64,000 nt of DNA from Barthelona sp. PCE (taxonomy: Eukaryota): NCBI GenBank assembly GCA_040285745.1, contig JAUFOR010000008.1, forward strand, positions 434,001 to 498,000, in the 5' to 3' direction. Made by a program: the position numbers and the translations under genes. Of the stretch, positions 40,314 to 50,800 are shown piece after piece. The notes under the pieces are model-generated. The model was not told the origin of the DNA and searched no databases. It was given only the letters and a program-made list of their open reading frames with translations. Position 1 is the first letter of the stretch. The number at the start of each line of letters is the position of its first letter.

Positions 40314-42109
40314 TTAGTCTCTCTTTGATTTTTCTTCCAATACCTCCTCAACTGTATCTGAAACTGTGTCTTCAACAGCTGGTTCTTCTTCTTCTTCTTC
40401 TTCTTCTTGCACCTCTTGTACCTCTTCTTTGGGTTCTTCGGGGGTGGGCATCGCGACGATACCCTCCTCTTCTTTGCTGTCTTCATCAAGAACAGTTACA
40501 GCAAAACGACTAATGTAAACACCGTCCCAAAGTAAGACGGCCTGCTGTCCCATAAAGATGGAGCCCAATAGGAAAGTGTTAAGCCATTCGATCGCCTCCT
40601 CTGTCATCACAAGAGTCTTTGTGAGAACTGGTTCAGCCCTGGGGAATAATCCTGCAAATGACATATCTGCAACATGCTTAATAATCTTCTTGGGGGCAAC
40701 ACCATCGTTAATGATGGGGGCAAGCTCTGCTCTGAGGGCCTCCTTGCATGTGTTCAAGTGCTCAGAATCAAATTTATGCTGAAGAAGAGCATAAACAAAA
40801 GAAGGGTTCTTAGAAGGCTGGTAATCCAACACGTTACGGATAATACGCAACACATCCTCGCTGTTCTTCAAAAACTTGCTCTCATAAAAGTGATACATCT
40901 TCATTAAAGCATGTGAAGCACGTTGGTCAAGATTTCTAAATTGATATGAGATGTTACCGAGCATAAGAATAAGCATAACAGTAACACCTTCGTCTAAATT
41001 CTTGGTTATGTGTGCAATACAAGGAATGACAATCTCACTTGAATGATCTTGTAACTGCAAACCAAACATTCGATGTTGAGAAAGATGCAATAGAATATAT
41101 CCTGCTATAGAGTCAAGATCATCCATTAACATCATAACGAGGTTAGGTACATCAACCATTGTGACAATATCAATGCTGAATTGAGGATACTTTAACAAGA
41201 ATAGATGGAAAAGAATTTTTGATGCATGGGGGAATATTTTGAAAAAACGAGTAATTGTTGTATAGATTAATGGGTAACTGTTAGGAGAATCAGCGTGAGG
41301 AAATCTTTCCCAAAACAATATTAATGTATGTAAACATGTTTCTGCTAATAACTCAAATGTATCACTGACAAAAAGACGTTTCATGAAACCTGGTTGTTTA
41401 AATATGGTCAAGGTGTTGAATGTACTAACAAACAACGCGCCCATATGAGGGATATCGAACTCTAGCGTTGACCAAGTGTCATATGAATACATTGCATCAG
41501 AATAACAAGTCAATAAAAGTCGAAGGAAAACAGAACGATGTTCCATTGCGTGTGGGGGTGCTTTGAGTCGCTTAGACTCGACAAAGATTCCCTTTTCCCA
41601 TGCAAGAGCCTGAAAGTTTTTCTCTTCCATGCTAATTCTAGACGAAATTGTAAATCCTGGTAAGAATAAGATCATTGCAGCTGTCTTAACAATCTTTGTT
41701 GCGAGATGTGCGTTGACATCGTCGCCCCCATCAAAGAAAAAGTCTTTAACAGTTTCTCGAACATCATCATAATGAGAAACTGTAACCAATCGACTTAAAA
41801 CCACACCCACTGTTCTGAGCTGCATGGGGAAGAAATCGCTAGTGCTCAAGGCATCCATTAGCTTGTTCAAACATAGCCTGACTAGAAATTTATAGTTCTC
41901 TGGATGTTCCTTAACTAACTTGTACGCAATCTCACAGGAAAAGTAAGCGTAGATCTCATCAAGATTTCCATCATTTAGAAATAGGTTAGCTAAAATTGGA
42001 TCTAAAAGTTAGATTAATCTTCCCTCCTTGTATACATACCGTCTTTTTCGATCTTGGTTGTGCAGAACTTCTCGAAATTTGCGTTAAAATATGATAAAGT
42101 TGATCCCAT
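40314..42109 (-). CDS. HID1: HID1/dymeclin-family protein, two exons (42109-42040, 42001-40314), 585 aa
   Basis: Spliced N-terminus MGSTLSYFNANFEKFCTTKIEKDD; HRSVFLRLLLTCYSDAMY, YILLHLSQHRMFG, KNPSFVYALL, LWDGVYISRF. Confidence 0.8.
42002..42039 (-). other. spliceosomal intron, 38 nt
   Basis: GTATGT...TCTAACTTTTAG. Removal gives an in-frame MGS start for HID1. Confidence 0.9.
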
Positions 42110-42534
42110 ATTATTGAAAAGGAGATAAAACTTGATACAAGTGCATAGTTACTTTGTGTGTATTTCCACTGGATGAATGCCCTATATATGATTGCTCATC
42201 ACTTGAATCACAAGAAAAATGTTATATATTGTATTAGTTGCAGAAATGACCTTTTTGACACAATCAGCCGGTTGTTTCTACTATTTTGCTCTGTCAGCCA
42301 CCAACACGCATCACTTGAGATGATAGAGGCATCAAAATACCACATTTGAAACAGAATTCCATAGAATCAAACGAAGGGTTTACAAATTGATAGCCAGCGC
42401 AGAATAAGTCCACTAAAGCACTGACTCGGGTTGAAGAAGAGATGATTAACGTGGTCTTCGCCTGATTGTGAACTCTACCGTTGTTATATCAATCTTCGCA
42501 CTCTTCACTTTCAAACCATATAAAATACGTTTCA

Positions 42535-43995
42535 ATGGAGACTACACCTATTTTTGAACAGATTAAGACAATGGTCGGTCCCACTGCATGGAAGACCTTC
42601 GAAATTTTCCTTCTGAACATCTGCAATATTCCTCACAAGTCTAATGAGACAGATGCTATGCAAGCATTCATCATCGATTACCTCAAAGAGGACGCAGAAT
42701 CAGTAGTAGTTGACGAAGCTGGCAACATCCTTGCCTCAATTCCGTATAAGGGTGAACGTTTCAAGGACGCAACACCCCTTCTTTTCCAGGCACACTACGA
42801 TATGGTGTGCACTGCAAAAGACCCAACATTCGACTTTTCAGTCAATCCAATCACTCCAATCATTCAAAACGGCTGGTTAAAGGCTGATAACACTACTCTT
42901 GGTGCCGACAATGGTATTGGCTTCGCGCTGATGCTTGCGCTGACGAGCACTGTCGAAGAGCACCCTCCTTTTGAGTATCTCTTCACCAACAATGAAGAAG
43001 TGGGATTAAAGGGTGCTTTGGCCCTTGATCCTGAAGTCATCAAGCCCAAGTCTAAGTGCTACATCAACCTTGATAGCGAGGAGATCACTGATATTTGTCT
43101 TGGTTGTGCTGGTGGTAAGCGTATTTATTTCACTTTTAATCAAGAAACTGTTCATTCAGCCATTGAAGATGGTCGCTTCATCGCTGTGAAGCTCAGCGAT
43201 CTATACGGCGGTCACTCTGGCTGTAACATTCATCAGAATAGGGCAAACGCAATCAAGATACTAGGTGAGATGCTTTCTCAAATTGATGCTGAAATCATTG
43301 ACTTTAAGAGCGGTAACGCCACCAACGCTATCCCAAGAGAAGGTGTTCTGGAGCTTGTTGTTCCCCCAACGTGCGAAGATGAACACATTAAGCTCTTAAT
43401 CGAGAAAGCACTTGAGAAGTTCCCTGAAGAAAAAACATACAACATCAAAATCGAGGAAGCTGAAGAATGTAGTGTGTTGAAGTTACCCAAGCAACAATTA
43501 ACAGAATTCATTAGCAGAGCTCATTCTAACCCCATCGAAATGCTTGAAACTTTCCCTGAACTCCCTTTATCAAGTGCTTGTTTCACAATAATTGATCTCA
43601 GACAACCCAACAAGTCTTGTGTTTCCTGTCGTTCCAGCGGATTCCGTCAAATGACTGAACTTATTGAGTATTACAACAAGTTAGCAACAGAGTTGAATGT
43701 GGAAATTGATGATTCACAACCTGCTTATCGTGGTTGTATGCCTTCCTTCGACAACCCATTAGTCAATCTCTTTACCGAATCTTATGAGCACATCCTTAAC
43801 AAAAAACCGCATTTAGGTGTTGTACATGCTGGTTTAGAACTTTTCCTTAAGGAAGTTTTAATGGGAGAGGATGCCGATTGTCTTTCTTTCGGCCCCACCA
43901 TTGAGGATCCTCATTCAATTGATGAACGTCTACATATAGAAAGCACTGATGAATTTATTCGTGTTGTTTTACATTTCATCGATAATTGGCAATAA
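42535..43995 (+). CDS. pepD: aminoacyl-histidine dipeptidase (peptidase D, M20C)
   Basis: QAHYDMVC, TTLGADNGIG, FTNNEEVGLKGA, INLDSEE, GCAGG, GGHSG, HAGLE, SFGPTIEDPHSIDERL. ATG at 42535. Confidence 0.95.
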   Translation: METTPIFEQIKTMVGPTAWKTFEIFLLNICNIPHKSNETDAMQAFIIDYLKEDAESVVVDEAGNILASIPYKGERFKDATPLLFQAHYDMVCTAKDPTFDFSVNPITPIIQNGWLKADNTTLGADNGIGFALMLALTSTVEEHPPFEYLFTNNEEVGLKGALALDPEVIKPKSKCYINLDSEEITDICLGCAGGKRIYFTFNQETVHSAIEDGRFIAVKLSDLYGGHSGCNIHQNRANAIKILGEMLSQIDAEIIDFKSGNATNAIPREGVLELVVPPTCEDEHIKLLIEKALEKFPEEKTYNIKIEEAEECSVLKLPKQQLTEFISRAHSNPIEMLETFPELPLSSACFTIIDLRQPNKSCVSCRSSGFRQMTELIEYYNKLATELNVEIDDSQPAYRGCMPSFDNPLVNLFTESYEHILNKKPHLGVVHAGLELFLKEVLMGEDADCLSFGPTIEDPHSIDERLHIESTDEFIRVVLHFIDNWQ

Positions 43996-44000
43996 ATTGT

Positions 44001-44555
44001 TTAGTTGAGACGTTCTTCTAGTTTCTGAAGCATCCTTTCAAGACGTGGCATAAAAACTACGCATACAGCTTCCTCTTTGTCCAATTTCGTTCCAAACCTA
44101 GTGTATTCAGTTTGTTTCTTTGTTTCAAAACTATCCAGTGTAAAAGTAAAGCCCAGTAAGCAGCGCCTAAGCTCTGCTAGCTCCTCTCTAAGCATGCCCA
44201 ATTGCTCTTGCACACGTTTAAGATTTAAAGCAACATATGCCCCTCTCCACCGCCCCAAATAAAGGGTCAGAAGACGCCTTCTTCCCACAAAATCCACTAT
44301 ACGTGTCTCTAATGCAGAGTGAAATTTGTTAACACTACGAATATCACAACTAGATGCCACATTATTTAGTTGACGTGCCCAACCTTCAGTTGATACCTGT
44401 AAATCGTGTAACTGTCCCTTAACAACTCTATTTTCATCCCTAAGTGATGTATTTTCTGTTTCAAGCCTTTCTACTCGTTGTTGTAGATTACGACGGTCTT
44501 CTAACAGAACGAATATCTCTTTTCCAAGCCGCTCTGTGTTTTCCCTATTCTCCAT
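44001..44555 (-). CDS. hypothetical coiled-coil protein
   Basis: 184-aa ORF with heptad pattern, ending in TAAA. Confidence 0.7.
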   Translation of the reverse strand: MENRENTERLGKEIFVLLEDRRNLQQRVERLETENTSLRDENRVVKGQLHDLQVSTEGWARQLNNVASSCDIRSVNKFHSALETRIVDFVGRRRLLTLYLGRWRGAYVALNLKRVQEQLGMLREELAELRRCLLGFTFTLDSFETKKQTEYTRFGTKLDKEEAVCVVFMPRLERMLQKLEERLN

Positions 44556-44858
44556 TTCTGCAATTCAAACAAATAAATATCCCAAAAGTCGTTGAAAAGG
44601 TGATAAAATCGAATCAAATGCAGCAGTTGCGTTTTCAAAATTTTACTTTACTCTACAGTTAAGAGCCGTGAAATAAAAAGTTATGATAAAAACTACAATA
44701 CCACAAGAATGTTTTAAAAACACTATTTCAAAACAACTATTCGTTACCAAATAAGAAGTGCTTGAACATGTCATTTGTGGACTCTATCGCCTATGTGTGA
44801 GTGCCGCCTGATTGATACAATGTGATTGCTTGTTTTCACAAACACACCCCATTTCTGC

Positions 44859-47800
44859 ATGACATCTGGAGTTGATCAGTGGTTTCCCATCTCTGACCCC
44901 ACTGCGCACGTTTCCACTGTGTTGATAACCGATGCAAGTCGTTTTGAGCCAGAGAGACTTCGCAGAACAACAGATGAGCCAATTGCAATCTGCCCTACAC
45001 TCGAAAACCCTCTCTTACAGCTCATGCGGTCGAAAAGGGACTCTAAAGAAGAAGTAGAAAACACCGTAACATTTTCTTCGGTTTCTTCTGCACATATCTC
45101 ACTACCAAAGTTTGATTTCAACGTCAACTGGTCATCAATGCGCTTACCAGTCATTGTTTTACCAGAGGTCACCGAAGAAGACCTAACAGTTGAACCTATT
45201 GTAGAAGAAGACGTTATGACCGAATCATTCACTTACAACCCTGATGAGGAAGAAGACGAAGGTATGCTTGGTGAAGAGGATGACAAAAACAACAGTGACA
45301 GTGATTGGTTTTCAGATTCTGATGAAGAAACAATGACTAGTGTCATTTCTCGACCGAATGTTGAATCAGTATCTGCACCAGCGCCTGAGGTAGATAACCG
45401 AGAGCAGTCTGTTGAGGTAATCCGCCTTAATGTGGATATTGACAAGTTAAAGAAACAAAGTGAGCGAGCTCGACTGAAATCCCTCTCAAAGTTTACTAGT
45501 GTACATGACATGCTCACATACACACGACCCGTCGGCTATTCGTACAAACCTATGCTATTTAGACCCGTCCATCCGAACCCATTTTCGTTTCTTGACTTGA
45601 ACAATTCCCATATTCTACTTACTTATAAGAAAACAAAGGATTTGGTCATCCAACAACAACAGCAGCAGCAATCCACTGATATTGTTACATTCGCGCCATT
45701 AATTCACTTAAATTTGCTTAGTGTTGGTCCCAATGTTTACTCTGATATAGTCCGACAGTATAACCCTGAAGTATTGAGTGTACAAGAGAATGTTAAGGTC
45801 TTTGATTCTATGAACAAGCAGCAACTGTTTGAAATCATTAAGAGCTTCGTTAATAACATCAAACCACATATCAATAGGAATCTTCAACAAGGTTTTGCCT
45901 TTTTCAAACCCTATATGGTTTTTAGTTCACATCGTCAAAAGAGTATTGTAGAGAAAAACTTTGATAATTTAGATACAGTCCGTAATGTTATTTTTATTGA
46001 GTATCTTGAGAAAGCACCAATTTTAAAACCTTTTAAAGGTCAAAAAGTTAAACTCATGAACTATGTTAACTTCGAAACAACAGATATTAGCAGAGAAAGA
46101 ATTAATGAAAGCATTCTCAGTCTTGTTCCTAAGACTAATGACAGTCATCCTCTCTTACCGCATTCAAACATTAACGGTATTGTCCGTGGTGATATCGTTT
46201 TCGTTACAGAGAATGATACGTTACCGTTTTTGGGTAGCGTGAGCGAGAATGGTTCTCGCCTTGTTCTGGAGAGTCAGTTGGCATACACACCTTTGCATTA
46301 TAGCCCTTATAATGATTGCAGGAACGATTCTCGAATTAAGTATGGCGATTTCCTCTTGAATGTATTTGATGATTTCATAACAATTCAGGAGATGCCACTT
46401 GTTTTCAACGGTGTTCAACAACAACCCAACGACATCAATGAAGGTAAGGATAAACAGTATCTAAGGGATGAGCCTCCAAGCTACCCCACGTTCAAAAAGA
46501 TTGTTGAAACCGAGAGCAAGAACAGTAAGTTCTTCAAGCGTCAGTACAAGAAGAAGCCCGGTCGTGGCCCCAAGTGTAAGTTCGATATTCCTTATATTGC
46601 AGTCCAAAAAGCAAGACAGATGCAGGATCCTGAGCTCGTCAGCAGTGGTCTGTATCGTATGCGCCTTATGGATCAAGGTGATGCAAAGGAGAAAACGCTA
46701 GAGACTATGTTCTATAGATACCTGCATAAGGTCAGGCATGTCATCGCTGAAGGCGGTAATGACGACGATTCTTGGGACCGTGTCAGTTATCTTGGTGCAT
46801 TGGTAGACAACATTACGCAGATACTAAAGACGACCGTTGAAGATCGCGTTGATTTTTATACATTGGGTATCACTAAGCATGATCTGAACGTTGATGTTTT
46901 CAAGCCATTTGAGAACACAGAGCACCTTCAGGACTCTGTCTTTAGCAATCCCAATTCTTTTAAGTCTTTCAGGAATTTAGTTCGTAATATGATGGTCCAG
47001 GATAGGAATATTCACCTTAACAACGCTACTTCTGATGGAGCACTGAACCCAGTGGCGAGAGAGTTGCTCAATAACATGAGGTCCAACTACCCACTGGGAC
47101 TTCACCAGTATTCTCGTATCATCAAGAGCAGACAGTCAAAGAAGACTGAGAACCAATTGGTACAGTTGGATGTTCGTTCGGTCACACTTAAGCGTATGAA
47201 GACGACTATCCATTACTATGATCGTCGATTCTACCAGACATTGCCGTCCGATGCACAGTGTCGTGCTCGTTGGCAGTTGTACGCATTCTATTTCTTGCCG
47301 TGGCTTACGAACCTCATTAACAAAGGTATCATTGATCCTGATGATGAGTACGATGATGAGGATCTTCCTGAAAACGTTTGGTCAAAGAAAATGCTCTGTG
47401 AAATGTATCGTGAAGAGCGTAAAACAACCGCCCAAGCTCAGATTGTCATGTACAACAAATTCAGTGTTGTCCAGGACATTGTCTTTGCTGGTTTGGATCG
47501 TGACAGTATTGTTAATCGTGAGAAGTCTACAAAGGATGAAGAAATCTCTCTTCAGTATCCATCATCAGAAGATTTAGTTGAAGCTAACAAGTACATAGAA
47601 GTCGATCTTGACGAGGCTAATAATAATATGGAATCACAGTTAGAAAGCACTCGTTTAAAACAGATGATCCATAAAAAGAAAAAGAACCTCAATGCAATTG
47701 ATAAACTCCGAAAAAAGAAGAAGGATCGCTTACAACAACTCAATGATCAAATGGATAACATGATGGTTCTTCGTAAGCTCATTGTTGGTCAGTATAACCG

Positions 47801-50800
47801 TTTCTATAAGATCAGGTATAACACACAGCTGAACCTGACTGATGCAGAACCAAGTCCTTTGGAAATGGAGACCAGTTTCCAGGGAATTATGGATCTAGCA
47901 CAAGAGATCACTGACATGCCGTTGGACGATACTGATCATCTATTAGATTTGTGTATTCTCTTTGATAAGCGCACAACACATCTTCTTGATCGCATCTACA
48001 ACCTCTTATACGAAAGCGCGTTCGATTCAAAAGATTGTCCTGTGAACAATCCGTTTCACACAATCCGTGAAGCTTTAGATGCAATGAATTCAAGCCACAT
48101 GTCCCCTATTGATGCAGCAGAAAATGTCAGACAGGTCATTGAAGCTATTCGTATTTCACAAAAAGCATCCTCTAAGTTCTTTAAAGATCTCATTAATATG
48201 CGTGATTCTCATTCAATTTCTACAATTTTGACAGAGTCTATTCGAGAAAAATGCATTGATTGGATTCGAAAAACTGATCGGTTTAAGCGTAAGAAGCGCT
48301 TGAAGGAATGCGTTGTTAGTCTTCTTTCGATGATATCTTTATGGCCAAAAACCCACTTCAATCCAATCAGATCTGATCGTGATTTGATTGGGAACTGCCA
48401 AATTACTCTTTCAAGGTATTTAAATGTTTTGAAACAAGTTATTAATGGTACCAAAGCAGAACCACCTTGTTTTGATATCACCCGTGTCCTTAGCACATCA
48501 GAATGTATTTATCTGAGACATAAGTCTGTTGACCAGCGTATTTTCACCGGTTATGATAACAGAATGTATCTGTCACATATTAAGAACAGACCTCCTGAGC
48601 TCCGTCAGCGTTATCTCAGTACAATTGAGACATCTCCGGATAAATTTAAGGAGGTCCAAAGATATCTGACTCACTTTGGTCTTGAACAAGCTGCTCGTTA
48701 CATTGATATCACTATCACCTTGGAAGACGGTAAGAAAAAGACTTACAAAGAACCTGTGTATGAGATGTGCAACAATTCTTTTATTCTATCAAAGAAGAAG
48801 CGTATCATGATGTATGAAATCCTCAGCTATCATGATCGTCTCTGTAAGAAACAATTCAGCAATCTATTTAGCCCTAACCCCTCTGAAGAAGTAGAGTGTG
48901 TTCCTATCAATCTTGGCAGTGAGTACAAGACTTCATTGTCCAATCGTGAAAGAGATGTCGACAAAAAATTCGGTACGGATAAGGCTCTAGTTAAGCTAGA
49001 GTACTACTCAAAGGCACGTTCCACGTCATCACGCCCTTCGAACGCTACGTTCAGGGTGAACAAGCCCAAGAAGCGACCGTCGATCATTGCGAAACCGCCT
49101 GTACCGACGGAAGTTCTTCAACGTATCATGAGTATGGAGGAGCGTTATGTCCTACAGCTCTTGTTCGAGTTGACGTTCACAACCTCGCAGTTAAGGTTCT
49201 GTGACATGTTCAAGAAGGCTAGGTCCGCTTCATACTCGTCAGTGCTGAAGTATGCATTCACGTTGAATCCCAAGAAGGAGTACAAGACACTTGTTACTGA
49301 TTTCTTCAATCCGTTCATCCAAATTAATTACATCACAACCATACGCTCTCATCTTGATCTCATTGAGGGTTTTGATCTTGGTTTTTGGTGCACTGTGCTG
49401 AAGAAGCATAAGGAAGAAGAGTTCCAAAACGCTCTAATGATGATTTTAGCAATTCGTATTATTTGCTTTTGTGCTTCTCCAGTTCTACAGGAGTACTATG
49501 AGAAAATAGGTGAACAAGGTACATTCACACCTGACCAACTGTTGAAACTCAGCAAATACTTCCCACCAATCACGATTCCCTTTGGTCTCACCCATCTTAA
49601 TATCCAGGAGCATCATTCTTTCAAGCGTTATGAAGAAGCTGAGCGAAGAATAGGTGATTATCGCGCTCGTTACAGTAGTGTAGTTGTGAATGAGGATAAT
49701 GCGGGTACGCATCTTGACTTTGTGTATCCTGAACTTTCATTACTGCTCATTAAGAAATGTCCACCAGTTTGCGCTTCATCACCAGCTCCTCTGTTAAAGT
49801 GTCTTTTACCAAGGGAGCTTAATGATTGTTCATTAGTGTTGAGTCAGTTCAAATTTGTCTTTTCTCACACCAATATTTTATTAATTCAATGGTGGTTATT
49901 ACAGGCAGTTTTCAAAAAGGAAAGCCCATTTGCATCACAGTTCCAGTTGTTCGATGATGTTGTTCGACAAGCGCACGAAAAGGTAGCAACAAAGAACAAT
50001 CGTGATGTCATAGATCATTGGACCATCAAGAAAATGCTATTAAATTGGAAGATTCTTCCCAACATCAACACTACACGTGATTTACTGGAGGTAATGAGGC
50101 AGAATACGGCTGATTATACGGGAAAGAACAGTTTATTCGTACAGTTTGCATCCTCGCTCATTCAAGACTGTCAGTTGGCTGAAACATTTGTTTGTTCACT
50201 CTTTGACGGTTGTTGTGATGAAACGCGTCGTATCTTTGATCAAGAATTCGATTTATCCCAATTTGTGAGTGAAATGCGTGAGCACATGATGCTTGACGAT
50301 AATCAATCTAACTTTGACATTATCAAGCATTTCTATACGCCAAACATCGCAGACGACAACAAGAACATGACCGTAATAGTCAAGTACCTTGAATACCATT
50401 GGAACAAGAACTTCCCTGAAGCCTTATATTTGGTTCTATCGTATGTACTCCGTTTTAATATCTTTTATGTACTGTCGGGTATCCTGAACGCATGCGTCGT
50501 CAACAATCCAGACAATTCTTTGTACGTGAAGCCTACTGATCCTATTCAACTTGTCGAACCTAAAATCGAAATTCTTCAGTTGGATACGATGCCAATGTCA
50601 ATGTCACAGGACACACCAACAACCAGGAGCATGGATCTCTCATTACCCGACATGCCACAGCAACATGATAACATGTCTATGCCGATACTTGATATGATTC
50701 CACCAACTTCCTCTCTTGATCTGCCTAATTATGATAGCTTCTCTCTGTCGATGTCTCCGGGTATCTCAGAGTCCACGATGCACTCTTCTCCTGCGATTAA

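Noticed and set aside
40383-40408. (TTC)n microsatellite
   Set aside because: Simply encodes the poly-Glu tail of HID1.
42385-42470. Possible box C/D snoRNA (CTGA at 42421 and 42462, ATGATT between)
   Set aside because: No convincing C box, terminal stem or recognisable rRNA-complementary guide.
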